The notes under the pieces were generated by a model. The model was given only the letters and a program-made list of their open reading frames with translations, made no database searches and was not told the origin of the DNA. Below are positions 17,393 through 27,939 of a stretch of 64,000 nt of DNA, piece after piece (the stretch's first letter is position 1; every line of letters starts with the position of its first letter). Source of the DNA: an uncultured Oceanospirillaceae bacterium (lineage in GTDB: Bacteria; Pseudomonadota; Gammaproteobacteria; Pseudomonadales; Oceanobacteraceae); contig CALJVD010000033.1 in the NCBI GenBank assembly GCA_937974825.1, positions 6,957 through 70,956 of the forward strand, read 5' to 3'. A program made the position numbers and the translations under genes.

Positions 17393-18073
17393 AATCAGTG
17401 GCAAAATAATGGCATGCAAGGTGCCAGTTAAAGTCATTGCCATGGCAGAGTAAGCCGCTTGTTGTTGTCCAAGCTCTAACGCCCGTGCAGTACCAATGGC
17501 GTGTGCACATACGCCTAATGCTACACCTTGAGCTTGCGGCTCGGTGACTTTGGCCATCTTTAAGATCGATGGAATCATTAATGCACCGAGCAGGCCGGTA
17601 ATCATAACGAAGGCCGACGACAATGCCGGAATACCACCGACTTCTTCAGCAATTGCCACGGCAATAGGAGTAGTGACCGATTTAGTCATAATAGTGTTAG
17701 CGACAACTGTATCGGCTAGGTACCAATAAGTAAGGCCACCGGCTATGCCAATAGTTACACCGCTGCCAACACTGACTGCTAGTAATATACGCAGCCATTG
17801 GCGACGCATGTTGGCGACAAAGTCAGCCATAGGTACGGCCAGCATGACCACCACGGGACTTAACATTTGGTGCAAGTAGTCTCCGCCTAGCATATAGGTA
17901 TCGTAGGTTGTGCCACTGATTTCAACTACAAATACAACCAGTGCTAAGCCCAGTAGAACGGGTTGAGTAAAAGGGTTATTACCGCTTAGGTTGTAAATGT
18001 GTTGGCCAATAATAAAACCGGCAATAGTTAAGGTGGCCCAAAACAGTGGCGTTTGTAAGAGTGCGTTGATCAT
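17387..18073 (-). CDS. LrgB/CidB family membrane protein
   Basis: 228-aa polytopic protein. Its 4-nt start/stop overlap with the upstream LrgA-like gene gives the typical LrgAB pair. Confidence 0.8.
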   Translation of the reverse strand: MINALLQTPLFWATLTIAGFIIGQHIYNLSGNNPFTQPVLLGLALVVFVVEISGTTYDTYMLGGDYLHQMLSPVVVMLAVPMADFVANMRRQWLRILLAVSVGSGVTIGIAGGLTYWYLADTVVANTIMTKSVTTPIAVAIAEEVGGIPALSSAFVMITGLLGALMIPSILKMAKVTEPQAQGVALGVCAHAIGTARALELGQQQAAYSAMAMTLTGTLHAIILPLIL

Positions 18074-18405
18074 AAGTCGGATTTACTCCCCTTCATGATC
18101 CAAGCAGATACTAGTGCACCGGGGATTAAGCTAATGGCAAGAATAATAACCAGAGCAATGCCATGTTCGGCGAGTAATGCTTTTTGGGTCACAATACCAA
18201 CACTCACCGGGATAATAAAAAGCGGTAACAATGGAGACAGTGCGTTGCTGATTTGAGTAAGGCTGGTTGGGGTTTTGCCGCGTATGAGTAAAAACGCTAG
18301 CAATAACAACATACCGAGGATAGAAGCAGGCAGTGGCAAATTAAACGTTAACTGTAAAACAGTACCGCTTAAAAGAAAGACTAAAAGGATTAGTAGGCCA
18401 GCCAT
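18070..18405 (-). CDS. LrgA/CidA family holin-like membrane protein
   Basis: Four hydrophobic helices. The start is set at Met29 of the track ORF (MAGLLILLVFLL...) because the longer ORF runs into tRNA-Leu. Confidence 0.72.
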   Translation of the reverse strand: MAGLLILLVFLLSGTVLQLTFNLPLPASILGMLLLLAFLLIRGKTPTSLTQISNALSPLLPLFIIPVSVGIVTQKALLAEHGIALVIILAISLIPGALVSAWIMKGSKSDL

Positions 18406-18459
18406 AAGAAAGACTTCTGCATTTTGAGCAATGCAAGATGCTGTGCTTCGAGAGTTGAA

Positions 18460-18545
18460 TGGTGCGGAAGGAGAGACTCGAACTCTCACACCTTGCGGCG
18501 CTGGAACCTAAATCCAGTGCGTCTACCAATTTCGCCACTTCCGCA
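18460..18545 (-). tRNA. tRNA-Leu (anticodon UAG)
   Basis: The reverse complement is GCGGAAGTGGCGAAATTGGTAGACGCACTGGATTTAGGTTCCAGCGCCGCAAGGTGTGAGAGTTCGAGTCTCTCCTTCCGCACCA. This is a class II tRNA with a long variable arm and anticodon loop TT-TAG-GT. Confidence 0.92.
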
Positions 18546-18559
18546 TTCAAGTGGCGCGC

Positions 18560-18588
18560 ATAATACCCACTAAATATAATTTTGCCAA
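18560..18588 (-). promoter_or_regulatory. Sigma70-type promoter for tRNA-Leu
   Basis: Minus strand: TTGGCA (18583-18588), 17 bp, TATTAT (18560-18565), then the GC-rich discriminator GCGCGCC. Confidence 0.65.
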
Positions 18589-18701
18589 GTCTTTTTTAAG
18601 AAATATTTAAGAAAAGATAAAAAAGTTTACTAAACGGTCGCTAGACCGCTATTTTTCTTTCGGGTATCTTGCATTACCTACATTATTTTTCAGGAACATC
18701 T

Positions 18702-19718
18702 ATGCCAACAGAAAAATCGGGTAACACCAATATAATAGTGATTGCGGCAGCCGCAGTCATTGTTATTGCTGGCCTGAAAACCGCAGGCCCTATTCTTATT
18801 CCGTTACTCCTTGCTGTATTTATTGCTACGTTAACAATGCCATTAGTGCGTTTTATGGTGCGTTATCGAGTGCCCGAAGTTTTATCTGTGGTTGTTGTCT
18901 TACTATTTCTTTTAGGGTTAGTACTGTTATTTGCATCTTTTATAGGCACGACAGTGAATGCTTTCTATAAAGATATTCCACTGTATGAAGATCGCTTTAA
19001 TCATTTAAGCCATACCTACATAGAATGGCTACGGGCTAAAGGCTTTGCTGTTTCAAATGATATCGTTCGCCAATACATAAACCCTGGTCAAATTATGCGA
19101 ATGGTGGCAGGGGTGTTAAACAGCCTGCGCGGCATGCTAACCAGCACTATGCTTATTCTGCTTATTATTATGTTTATTTTGTTAGAGGCATCGAGTCTGC
19201 CAGATAAGTTAAAGCGTGCCTTTGGAAATACCACAAGTGTGCTAGAGCACTTTAGTACTATCAGTTACAGCATTCAGTACTACCTACGCTTAAAAACTAT
19301 TATTAGTTTTGTCACCGGCTTGTTGGCGTGGGCAGCTTTAAAGTATTTAGAAGTGCCTTACGCAGAGCTGTGGGGTGTTACAGCCTTCTTATTCAACTTT
19401 ATCCCGACCATTGGTTCGTTTGTGGCAGCTATTCCACCAATGCTGCTGGCGTTAATTATGATTGATCCAATTACGGCGATTTCCGTGGCAATCATTTACA
19501 TCATTATTAATACTGTTATTGGCAGTGTGATAGAGCCAAGATTGATGGGGAACTCTTTAGGAATCTCACCGTTAGTGGTGTTCTTATCGTTGGTGTTCTG
19601 GGGTTGGGTTTGGGGCCCTATCGGTATGATTTTATCTGTACCGTTAACGATGGTGGCAAAGATTGCACTGGGCGTTAACCCAAGCAGTCGTTGGTTGGCT
19701 GTGTTACTAGGGCGTTAA
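18702..19718 (+). CDS. AI-2E family transporter (PerM/YhhT-like)
   Basis: About 338-aa polytopic protein with the family's C-terminal pattern (FIPTIGSF..., EPRLMGNSLGISPLVVFLSLVFWGWVWGPIGMILSVPLT). The ATG at 18702 follows AGGAA. The track ORF starts at an upstream TTG. Confidence 0.8.
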   Translation: MPTEKSGNTNIIVIAAAAVIVIAGLKTAGPILIPLLLAVFIATLTMPLVRFMVRYRVPEVLSVVVVLLFLLGLVLLFASFIGTTVNAFYKDIPLYEDRFNHLSHTYIEWLRAKGFAVSNDIVRQYINPGQIMRMVAGVLNSLRGMLTSTMLILLIIMFILLEASSLPDKLKRAFGNTTSVLEHFSTISYSIQYYLRLKTIISFVTGLLAWAALKYLEVPYAELWGVTAFLFNFIPTIGSFVAAIPPMLLALIMIDPITAISVAIIYIIINTVIGSVIEPRLMGNSLGISPLVVFLSLVFWGWVWGPIGMILSVPLTMVAKIALGVNPSSRWLAVLLGR

Positions 19719-20009
19719 AGGTTTTATCACGGTAAGCGTTGGTTAAATAGGTTAATAAACCACCCATGCTTGCCGTCCACTTCTGTAAGTATTAGTCACT
19801 CTTTTTTACTTGAATGGCTGGCAAGAAATTGACGCTTATCAGCATTCTTAATCTAAATTTACCAAGATAGCCTATAAATGACGCTTGTTTGTTTATTTAA
19901 CTAGCCAAACTTGTTGCTTTTTGGTAGAAATAATACCCCCTTACACCGTCAACGATCAAAATGATTGTCGATGGTGCTTTATCAACGCGATGACACTGGG
20001 AAAGCACTT

Positions 20010-21272
20010 ATGTCACAAGATTTCAAACAAGCTGCTCTGGATTACCATCAGTTTCCGAAGCCAGGTAAAGTTAGTGTTGAGCTAACTAAGCCAGCAGAAA
20101 CTTCATACGACTTATCATTAGCATACAGTCCTGGGGTGGCGGAGCCGGTAAAAGAGATTGCGGCAGACCCTGAGAATGCCTACAAATACACTGGCAAGGG
20201 CAATCTAGTGGCGGTCATTTCCGACGGAACAGCCATTTTAGGTTTAGGCGATTTAGGTCCATTGGCCTCTAAACCAGTAATGGAAGGCAAAGGCTTACTT
20301 TTTAAACGCTTTGCTGGTGTGAACGCAATCGATATTGAAGTGGAATCTGAGAGCCCACAGGCTTTCATAGATACCGTGCGTCGTATCGCCATTACCTTCG
20401 GCGGAATCAATTTAGAAGACATTAAAGCACCAGAATGCTTCGAAATTGAGCGTACTCTTATCGAGCAATGCGACATACCTGTTTTCCATGATGACCAACA
20501 CGGCACTGCTATTGTAACTGTAGCAGGCATGCTCAACGCCTTAGAAATTCAAGGCAAGAAACTAGAAGAAGCTACCATGTGCGTTGTTGGCGCGGGTGCG
20601 GCTGCTATTTCTTGTACTAAACTTTTAATACTTGCCGGTATGAAGCCTGAAAATATCTTTATGTGTGACCGTAAAGGTGTGATTCACTCAGGCCGTGATG
20701 ATTTAAACCAATACAAGCAAGCGTTTGCTATCGACACGGACAAGCGTACTGTAAACGACGCAATGACCGGTGCTGATATCTTACTAGGCTTGTCTGGTCC
20801 AGACATGATTAGCCGTGAGCAAATTATGCTATTAGCTGAAAAGCCAATCATTTTTGCATGCGCTAACCCTGTTCCTGAAATTATGCCGGAAATTGTAGAA
20901 GAAGCTCGTCCTGACGCTATTATGGCAACAGGTCGTTCTGACTACCCTAACCAAGTGAATAACGTACTGGGTTTCCCATTCATTTTCCGTGGTGCATTAG
21001 ACGTACGTTCACGTCGCATTAACGAAGAAATGAAACTAGCTGCAGCTAAAGCATTAGCAGGGCTAGCGAAAGAGCCAGTAACACCAGAAGTATTAAAAGC
21101 TTACGGTATAGATAGCCTAGAGTTTGGTCCTGGCTACATTATTCCTAAAGCAGTAGATTCACGCTTATTAGGCGTTGTATCTTCAGCGGTTGCTCAGGCA
21201 GCAATTGATACTGGCGTAGCGCGCAAACCTTATCCTGCAAACTACCCACTAACGTCATTAGATGACCTCTAA
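20010..21272 (+). CDS. maeB: NADP-dependent malic enzyme, short form (no PTA-like domain)
   Basis: MSQDFKQAALDYHQFPKPGK.., LSLAYSPGVA, FHDDQHGTAIV and GAGAAAI are typical of the malic enzyme family. The start is taken at Met16 of the track ORF. Confidence 0.88.
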   Translation: MSQDFKQAALDYHQFPKPGKVSVELTKPAETSYDLSLAYSPGVAEPVKEIAADPENAYKYTGKGNLVAVISDGTAILGLGDLGPLASKPVMEGKGLLFKRFAGVNAIDIEVESESPQAFIDTVRRIAITFGGINLEDIKAPECFEIERTLIEQCDIPVFHDDQHGTAIVTVAGMLNALEIQGKKLEEATMCVVGAGAAAISCTKLLILAGMKPENIFMCDRKGVIHSGRDDLNQYKQAFAIDTDKRTVNDAMTGADILLGLSGPDMISREQIMLLAEKPIIFACANPVPEIMPEIVEEARPDAIMATGRSDYPNQVNNVLGFPFIFRGALDVRSRRINEEMKLAAAKALAGLAKEPVTPEVLKAYGIDSLEFGPGYIIPKAVDSRLLGVVSSAVAQAAIDTGVARKPYPANYPLTSLDDL

Positions 21273-21292
21273 TTAAGACGTTTGATCATAAG

Positions 21293-21317
21293 AACCGGCT
21301 TATCAGCCGGTTTTTTT
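21293..21317 (+). terminator. Intrinsic terminator after maeB
   Basis: AACCGGCT-TATC-AGCCGGTT followed by T7. Confidence 0.8.
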
Positions 21318-21341
21318 ATGGCTGTAATTTATGTTAGGCAT

Positions 21342-21376
21342 AAAAAAAGCTAACCGGGTTTCCCAGGTTAGCTTTT
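21342..21376 (-). terminator. Intrinsic terminator after bipA (A-run/T-run flanked, possibly bidirectional)
   Basis: A7-AGCTAACC..GGTTAGCT-T5, just downstream of the bipA stop. Confidence 0.75.
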
Positions 21377-21394
21377 TGATCGTGCTAAACGGTG

Positions 21395-23209
21395 CTAGCC
21401 GTTACGAGCTGCACGCTTACGTTCGTTCTCAGTCAAATGCTTTTTACGGAAGCGAATGCTAGTAGGTGTTACTTCTACTAATTCATCATCTTCAATAAAT
21501 TCTAGCGCTTGTTCTAGGGTGTGCTTAATGTGCGGTGTTAGAACAATGGCTTCATCGGTACCTGATGCACGAATGTTAGTTAGCTGTTTAGCCTTGGTTG
21601 GGTTTACGGCTAGGTCGTTATCACGGCTGTGTAGGCCTACAATCATACCTTCGTAAACTTCCGTTGCTGGGCCAATAAACATACGGCCACGCTCTTGTAG
21701 GTTGTACAGTGCGAACCCTAGGGCCTTACCTGTTACCATAGACACTAGCACACCATTTTGGCGGTTAGAGGTTAAAGAGGTTTGTAGAGGACCGTAGTGA
21801 TCAAATACGTTGGTCAGAATACCAGTACCAGAGGTTAGTGTTAAAAATAGACCACGGAAGCCAATAAGGCCACGCGCAGGTGCAATAAACTCTAAACGTA
21901 CACGGCCTTTACCATCAGGAACCATGTTGGTCATTTCTGCACGGCGGTTACCCATTTCTTCCATGATAGAACCTTGGTGTTCTTCTTCAACGTCAATCAC
22001 TACTTGTTCGTAGGGCTCTTGTTGAATGCCGTCGATTTCTTTAACCACAACCTGTGGCTTAGAGATGGCCATTTCAAAGCCTTCACGACGCATGGTTTCA
22101 ATTAATACGGATAGGTGAAGTTCACCGCGACCAGAAACAATAAACTTCTCTGGGCTGTCGCCTTCTTCAACGCGTAAAGCAACGTTGTGAATTAACTCAC
22201 GCTCTAAGCGCTCTTTGATATTACGACTGGTGACGTACTTGCCTTCTTTACCTGCAAAAGGTGAGTCGTTAACTTGGAAAGTCATGCTAACCGTTGGCTC
22301 ATCTACCAGTAGAGGAGGTAATGCTTCAACGTGGTTAGGGTCACAAATGGTGTCAGAAATATTTAAGCGATCAATACCAGAAATACAAACAATATCGCCT
22401 GCAGCGGCGTCGGTAACTGTGACGCGTTGTAAGCCTTGGAAGCCTTTTACTTCTAACACGCGACCTTTACGGGTTTTGCCGTCACGGTCGATCACTTGTA
22501 CGTCTGTGCCTGCTTTTAGCTTACCGCGAGTAATACGGCCAACACCGATTACACCAACGTAGCTGTCATAGTCTAAGGCAGAAATTTGTAACTGCAGCGG
22601 ACCTTCAGGATCTACATTTGGAGCAGGTACGTGCTCAACAATCATTTCGAATAAAGCGGTCATGTCTTCGCCTAGCTCATCTGGAGCAAGACCAGCAATG
22701 CCGTTTAGAGCGGAGGCGTAAATCACAGGGAAGTCTAATTGTTCTTCTGTGGCGCCTAGGCGGTCAAATAGGTCAAAAACTTCATCAAGAACCCAGTCAG
22801 GACGTGCGCTTGGACGGTCAACTTTGTTGATAACAACAATAGGACGTAAGCCGCGTTCGAATGCTTTTTGAGTTACGAAGCGCGTTTGTGGCATTGGGCC
22901 GTCTTGTGCGTCAACCACTAAGCAAACAGAGTCTACCATCGACATAACACGTTCTACTTCACCGCCGAAGTCAGCGTGTCCAGGGGTGTCTACGATGTTA
23001 ATGCGGTAGTCCTGCCAAGAGATGGCTGTGTTTTTAGCCAAGATGGTGATACCACGTTCTTTCTCTTGGTCGTTTGAATCCATAACACGCTCGCCTTCTT
23101 GTTCGCGGCGGTCTAGAGTTCCTGATTGTTGTAATAGTTTGTCAACTAGTGTGGTTTTGCCATGGTCTACGTGAGCAATGATGGCGATATTACGAAGTTT
23201 TTCGATCAC
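21395..23209 (-). CDS. typA: Translational GTPase TypA/BipA
   Basis: [34 protein letters not shown] and NKVDR, about 604 aa. I chose the GTG at 23209 to match the conserved N-terminus. It is divergent from glnA as in E. coli. Confidence 0.92.
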   Translation of the reverse strand: MIEKLRNIAIIAHVDHGKTTLVDKLLQQSGTLDRREQEGERVMDSNDQEKERGITILAKNTAISWQDYRINIVDTPGHADFGGEVERVMSMVDSVCLVVDAQDGPMPQTRFVTQKAFERGLRPIVVINKVDRPSARPDWVLDEVFDLFDRLGATEEQLDFPVIYASALNGIAGLAPDELGEDMTALFEMIVEHVPAPNVDPEGPLQLQISALDYDSYVGVIGVGRITRGKLKAGTDVQVIDRDGKTRKGRVLEVKGFQGLQRVTVTDAAAGDIVCISGIDRLNISDTICDPNHVEALPPLLVDEPTVSMTFQVNDSPFAGKEGKYVTSRNIKERLERELIHNVALRVEEGDSPEKFIVSGRGELHLSVLIETMRREGFEMAISKPQVVVKEIDGIQQEPYEQVVIDVEEEHQGSIMEEMGNRRAEMTNMVPDGKGRVRLEFIAPARGLIGFRGLFLTLTSGTGILTNVFDHYGPLQTSLTSNRQNGVLVSMVTGKALGFALYNLQERGRMFIGPATEVYEGMIVGLHSRDNDLAVNPTKAKQLTNIRASGTDEAIVLTPHIKHTLEQALEFIEDDELVEVTPTSIRFRKKHLTENERKRAARNG

Positions 23210-23470
23210 AAGTATGCCTTGATAAGGTAAATTAAATAAGTTCTGCAAAAACAGGGACGCATATTCTAGCAGAAAAGACAGTAATTGTCTGAAAAATATA
23301 CGACTTTACATTGACTATTGAAAAAGCTTTACCATGCTTAAACAAGAGGGCTGGCTTAAGCATCCTGTCTATTAAATATTTTACGCTTCCCATATACTGT
23401 AAGGGTTTGTTAGCTCTATAATACGTGCTTCAAATTTTCCAACGTTCCTTTGCCACTGGAGAACACAGCA

Positions 23471-24877
23471 ATGTCAGAGAATACTCTGCAAATGATTAAA
23501 GAATACAATGTAAAGTGGGTCGATTTACGCTTTACTGATTTCAAGGGCAAAGAACAACACATTACTATTCCTGCTAGTAGTGTCGATGAAGATCTATTCG
23601 AAGATGGGCAAATGTTTGATGGCTCATCTTTCACTGGCTGGAAGGGCATTGATGCGTCTGACATGATCATGATGCCTGACGACAGCACGCCTTTTATTGA
23701 TCCCTTTATGGAAGACACAACGCTGGTTTTGCGTTGCGATATTATTGAACCTGCCACTATGCAAGGCTATGAGCGTGACCCTCGTTCGGTTGCTCGTCGT
23801 GCAGAAGAGTATTTAAAAGCCACCGGTTATGGTGACACCGCTTTCTTTGGTCCAGAACCAGAGTTTTTTATGTTCGATAATGTCCGTTGGGGCAGTGACA
23901 TGAGCGGTACGTTCTGTAAAGTCGATTCTAAAGAGGCGGCATGGAACAGTTCTACAGAATATGAAGGTGGCAATACAGGGCATCGACCACGTGTTCAAGG
24001 TGGTTATTTACCGGTTCCTCCGGTGGATAGTCATCATGATATTCGTACAGCGATGTGTAATACACTTGAAGCCATTGGCTTAAAAGTAGAAGTGCACCAT
24101 CACGAAGTTGCCAGTGCTGGCCAAAATGAAATTGGTGTTACCTTTAACACCTTGCTTAAAAAAGCTGACGAAGTACAAATGCTTAAGTACGTAGTTCACA
24201 ACGTTGCTGACGCGTATGGCAAAACTGCAACCTTTATGCCTAAGCCATTAGTCGGCGAAAGCGGCTCGGGAATGCACGTTCATATTTCTTACTGGAAAGA
24301 CGGCGTTAACCAATTTGCTGGTGACGGATACGCTGGCTTATCTGAAAGCGCTTTGTACTTTATTGGCGGTTTGATTAAGCATGCGAAAGCGGTGAACGCC
24401 TTTACAAACCCTTCGACTAACTCGTATAAACGTTTAGTCCCTGGCTATGAAGCGCCTGTTATGCTTGCTTATTCAGCACGCAACCGTTCTGCATCTATCC
24501 GTATCCCTTACGTATCATCACCTAAAGCGAAACGTGTCGAAGCACGCTTCCCTGACCCAATGGCAAATCCATACTTAGCGTTCTCTGCTCTGCTAATGGC
24601 GGGTCTTGATGGTGTTAAAAATAAGGTTCATCCAGGGGATGCAGCCGATAAAGACTTATACGACCTACCTGCAGAAGAAGCAGCTAACTTCCCACAAGTA
24701 TGTCGTACCATGCGTGAAGCTCTTCAAAGCTTAGAAGCCGATCATGCTTTCTTGCTTGAAGGTGGAGTGTTCACCAAAGATCTGATTGATGCTTACATTA
24801 AAATGAAAATGGCAGAAGTGATGCGCTTAGAGCAGGCGGTTCACCCATTAGAGTTTGAGATGTATTACAGCCTCTAA
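23471..24877 (+). CDS. glnA: Glutamine synthetase type I
   Basis: 468 aa: [23 protein letters not shown].., [25 protein letters not shown], and the adenylylation-loop motif KDLYDLP. The ATG at 23471 is preceded by GGAG. Confidence 0.93.
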   Translation: MSENTLQMIKEYNVKWVDLRFTDFKGKEQHITIPASSVDEDLFEDGQMFDGSSFTGWKGIDASDMIMMPDDSTPFIDPFMEDTTLVLRCDIIEPATMQGYERDPRSVARRAEEYLKATGYGDTAFFGPEPEFFMFDNVRWGSDMSGTFCKVDSKEAAWNSSTEYEGGNTGHRPRVQGGYLPVPPVDSHHDIRTAMCNTLEAIGLKVEVHHHEVASAGQNEIGVTFNTLLKKADEVQMLKYVVHNVADAYGKTATFMPKPLVGESGSGMHVHISYWKDGVNQFAGDGYAGLSESALYFIGGLIKHAKAVNAFTNPSTNSYKRLVPGYEAPVMLAYSARNRSASIRIPYVSSPKAKRVEARFPDPMANPYLAFSALLMAGLDGVKNKVHPGDAADKDLYDLPAEEAANFPQVCRTMREALQSLEADHAFLLEGGVFTKDLIDAYIKMKMAEVMRLEQAVHPLEFEMYYSL

Positions 24878-24884
24878 GAAGATG

Positions 24885-24923
24885 GCTCAGTGTTCTTTAA
24901 TAGAGCACTGAGCGTTATTTTTG
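24885..24923 (+). terminator. Intrinsic terminator after glnA
   Basis: GCTCAGTG-loop-CACTGAGC followed by GTTATTTTTGG. Confidence 0.7.
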
Positions 24924-24933
24924 GGCCTCTCTG

Positions 24934-26139
24934 TTACAATCCCATTGCTTTCATCACAACGTGTTGCTTCACCGGCAGAACGTTATCAAACCAATTCATG
25001 CCTTGGTTACGTAATAGGCGTAGTAGCGGTTGGTCGGCACCAAATAAACGCTTAAACCCTTCCATACTGGCCATCATGACTAAGTTGTCGGCTTGGCGAC
25101 GACGCTGATAGCGTGCCAATACATGCTTGCTGCCTATGTCGAGTCCTTTTAAGTGACCGCGTATGACTTCCTCTGCCAATACTTGCGCATCTTTAAACCC
25201 TAGGTTGACGCCCTGGCCTGCTAAAGGGTGAATGCTGTGAGCGGCGTCACCGGCTAGCACGACACCATCACACCAGTAATCTTTAGCGTGACGCTGACGC
25301 AAGGGAATACTAGCCCGCTGGGAAGATTCTAAAATAGTGCCAAGCTTATGCTCTAAGGCACTGGCTAGTGCTTGGTTAAAATCATCATCATTTAACGCCA
25401 ACACTTCTTTGGCTTCTTCTGGACTAGTTGACCAAACAATTGAACATAGGTGAGGGTCATGCGGCATAGGTAAGAACGCTAACGGGCCTTCAGGGCGAAA
25501 GCGTTGCCATGCTGTTGCTTGATTGGGCTTTTCTGTACGCACGGTGGCCACTATGGCGTGATGGCCGTAATCCCATTCACGGGTAGGCAACCCAGCCCAT
25601 TGGCGAACCCGAGATAATGCACCGTCAGCACCTACTATTAATTTTGCTTGTAGCATGCCGTTTTGCTCGAGTGCTACGGGGGTATAGCCGTTATCCTGAC
25701 GGTTATCAAAATAACGTACTTTATCGGCAAAAACTTGAATGCTTTCTTCTGATTCAATCACTGAGCGTAATGCCCATTGTGTTTGGTTGTTTTCAACAAT
25801 ATGACCCAAGGCAGGGACGTGTAAATCGGCAGCATCAAAGGTAACCGATCCAGTGCCTTCTGCATCCCAAACATGCATCCCAGTGTAAGGGCTTAATCGG
25901 TCTTGTGGTATCTTCTGCCAGGCCCCTAGACCAGTAAGGAATGTTTGTGATTGTGCACTTAACGCAGAAACACGCATGCCATAGTCATTAATCCCCCGGC
26001 CCATATTCGGTGCAGGCTTGTTATAAGCAGGGTCAACAATGGCAACTTTTAAGCCAGCATTTCCTTGCGCTAAAGCAACAGCAATGGCCTCACCGACCAT
26101 GCCTGCGCCAACAATTATTACATCAAAGTGGGTTGTCAT
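24934..26139 (-). CDS. UbiH/UbiF/VisC(UbiI)/COQ6-family FAD-dependent ubiquinone-biosynthesis hydroxylase
   Basis: 401 aa with DVIIVGAGMVG, GADGALSRVR and VLAGDAAHSIHPLAGQGVNLG. Its position relative to ubiH suggests UbiI/VisC, but the paralogue cannot be assigned by eye. Confidence 0.85.
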   Translation of the reverse strand: MTTHFDVIIVGAGMVGEAIAVALAQGNAGLKVAIVDPAYNKPAPNMGRGINDYGMRVSALSAQSQTFLTGLGAWQKIPQDRLSPYTGMHVWDAEGTGSVTFDAADLHVPALGHIVENNQTQWALRSVIESEESIQVFADKVRYFDNRQDNGYTPVALEQNGMLQAKLIVGADGALSRVRQWAGLPTREWDYGHHAIVATVRTEKPNQATAWQRFRPEGPLAFLPMPHDPHLCSIVWSTSPEEAKEVLALNDDDFNQALASALEHKLGTILESSQRASIPLRQRHAKDYWCDGVVLAGDAAHSIHPLAGQGVNLGFKDAQVLAEEVIRGHLKGLDIGSKHVLARYQRRRQADNLVMMASMEGFKRLFGADQPLLRLLRNQGMNWFDNVLPVKQHVVMKAMGL

Positions 26140-26291
26140 TGTTTTGTTCCTGCTTATGTTTGTGAAGCTTAAATGCTAAAGCTTCTCTACGATTAATTCT
26201 GAGCCAGCATTAAAAAAGTTACTAAATTAGCATGAGCTTTAGTGTTGAATTGTATTGTAATAACTGTCGAGATACTAATTGTAAGCATAAA

Positions 26292-26320
26292 CAAAAAACG
26301 GACAGCTTAGCTGTCCGTTT
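26292..26320 (-). terminator. Intrinsic terminator after the lipoprotein gene
   Basis: Minus strand: ACGGACAG-CTAAG-CTGTCCGT followed by T6. Confidence 0.8.
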
Positions 26321-26346
26321 TAAGAAGGTAATAATAAAGTGGTTGC

Positions 26347-27939
26347 TTACATAGGGGTATAATCGAAGCACGGATTTTCTAGGTCATATTCATCCCCACA
26401 CTCGTCTTCGGGCGCGCCATTATAAAGTGGAAAGGTTCCCTTCTCTTTAGTGATGCGGACATCATCGATTAACCAACCGCGAAAACCATTGTAGAACTCG
26501 TCCTCTGTACTAAATACAAAGCGTAGTTTAGCGTTATGCTTGCCTGCCAGTACTGAGATATCAATAGGCTCTTGCCATAACCATGCAGGGCCACGATTGT
26601 AGCCTCGGTTAGTAAAAGGAATTGGAGCACGGTCAAAGTCACCTGTTTCTGGATCAGAGAGGGGGTTAAGGCGTGCAAGGCTTTTCCATTCGTTGCCACC
26701 ATCGAGACTGTACTCTACCATTAACAGGTCGAAACCATTTTCGTTAGGGTTAACAGACTCAATTTCCCACCAAGTTCTAAAGCTAAGTGCTAACGGGCCA
26801 GCTTCATTTGATAGGTCAATGGCAGGTGATTCTAACCCACCACTATGGAAGTTTGCAGAAGTACCACCATCTAATTCATTACCACCAGTGTCATTTGCAG
26901 GGGTACCAAGAAAGTTGCCCTGTGCAACAGAACCACTTTCAGGCTGCCCGTACCAGCAGGCACCACCGTCAAAGGGGTTAGGTACTTTGCCAGCAGTGTT
27001 ATCATCGGGGGCTAGTTTGACTAACTTATTATCCAAAGCTTGGTTGGTAATGTTAAGGCCATTGGTATGATGATGCCAAAGGTTGATTGTACTAGGACTC
27101 AGATCAACTGAAGTCCAACCACCACAGGTAGCATCGCTAAGAGGGTTGTTAAAGTTGTCTTGATAAACAATATTAGATACTGATGAAGTTGTAGCGTTTA
27201 ATTGATAATTTTGTCCAATAAATGCGAGTGCAGAAGTTGGATCAAATGCTTTATTGATATTGGCGTGGCCATCTTTAATAATGCGTAGAGTGGCTTTCTG
27301 CATAGCACTTAGCTTATCTAGAGATACGTTAATAATAAGTAAGTAATGTCCATTCTCATCGGTAATGTCAGAAGCTACCGCACCATTAGTTTCAGCACCG
27401 CCAGAGAGAGAAACCTCTGCTCCGGATAATGGTCCATCGCTCGTGAAGATAATGCCACTAATAGAAGTAAATATACCAGTGTTGTTGCCCTCTTCATCCT
27501 GTAAAGGGGTAATATTGTCTCCATCTACAACAATGGGTGCTGCAATCGTTGCTAACTTAGAGGAGTTGCTGTTATCAATAATAATTTCGCTGGTTACCGT
27601 AACATCTTTTATGGTGATTTTTAGCGTATAAGCTCCAGCCGGTAGGTTGTTAAGAGTAAGATTACCTTCCGCGTCTGTTGATATATTAGAAAACTCTGAG
27701 TTATCTGCTTGGACTGCAACGGGAATAGCTTTAGGTGAGATGCTGACTGTAGCGTCGGCTAGGGGTTTACCTTGAGCATCGACTAGCTTCATTTGAGATA
27801 AGCTGGTTACGGCTGGTGTGTAGTTGTTTTTATTATTGTCTAAGTCATTGTTAGTGTCGTTTGCACTACTACTTGATCCGCCGCATGCGGCAAGTAGTAG
27901 TGCAAGCGATAAGACAAGTAAATGCTTCATGTAAAACAT
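26347..27939 (-). CDS. Lipoprotein with carboxypeptidase-regulatory-like (Ig-like beta-sandwich) repeats and a large C-terminal beta-rich domain; function unknown
   Basis: Lipobox LLLAAC|GG after a signal peptide (the Met at 27930 or 27939 may be the start) and a Ser/Asn-rich linker. Two segments resemble CarboxypepD_reg repeats (..DAQGKPLADATVSI..DAEGNLTLNNLPAGAYTL.. and ..GPLSGAEVSL..DENGHYLL). The C-terminal part (..SPAIDLS..LSFRTWWEIE..DLLMVEYSLDGGNEWKSL..) recalls accessory jelly-roll domains of secreted M6-like proteins. No catalytic motif was seen. Confidence 0.6.
   Translation of the reverse strand: MFYMKHLLVLSLALLLAACGGSSSSANDTNNDLDNNKNNYTPAVTSLSQMKLVDAQGKPLADATVSISPKAIPVAVQADNSEFSNISTDAEGNLTLNNLPAGAYTLKITIKDVTVTSEIIIDNSNSSKLATIAAPIVVDGDNITPLQDEEGNNTGIFTSISGIIFTSDGPLSGAEVSLSGGAETNGAVASDITDENGHYLLIINVSLDKLSAMQKATLRIIKDGHANINKAFDPTSALAFIGQNYQLNATTSSVSNIVYQDNFNNPLSDATCGGWTSVDLSPSTINLWHHHTNGLNITNQALDNKLVKLAPDDNTAGKVPNPFDGGACWYGQPESGSVAQGNFLGTPANDTGGNELDGGTSANFHSGGLESPAIDLSNEAGPLALSFRTWWEIESVNPNENGFDLLMVEYSLDGGNEWKSLARLNPLSDPETGDFDRAPIPFTNRGYNRGPAWLWQEPIDISVLAGKHNAKLRFVFSTEDEFYNGFRGWLIDDVRITKEKGTFPLYNGAPEDECGDEYDLENPCFDYTPM

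Noticed and set aside
18406-18489. The N-terminal 28 codons of the 139-aa track ORF (LrgA-like), which would make the gene overlap tRNA-Leu
   Set aside because: The extension (MRVRVSPSAPFNSRSTAS..) is the antisense reading of the tRNA-Leu gene (18460-18545) and has no membrane-protein character. The first hydrophobic helix begins at Met29, so this is an ORF-calling artefact.
19815-19834. Sigma54-like TGGCTGGCAAGAAATTGACG upstream of maeB
   Set aside because: Aligned to TGGCAC-N5-TTGC, the -12 element reads TTGA instead of TTGC and the spacing is off by one. This is not a convincing -24/-12 promoter.
23351-23366. TGGCTTAAGCATCC as a possible sigma54 promoter for glnA
   Set aside because: The GG-to-GC spacing is 7 nt rather than the required 12, so it does not fit the -24/-12 geometry.
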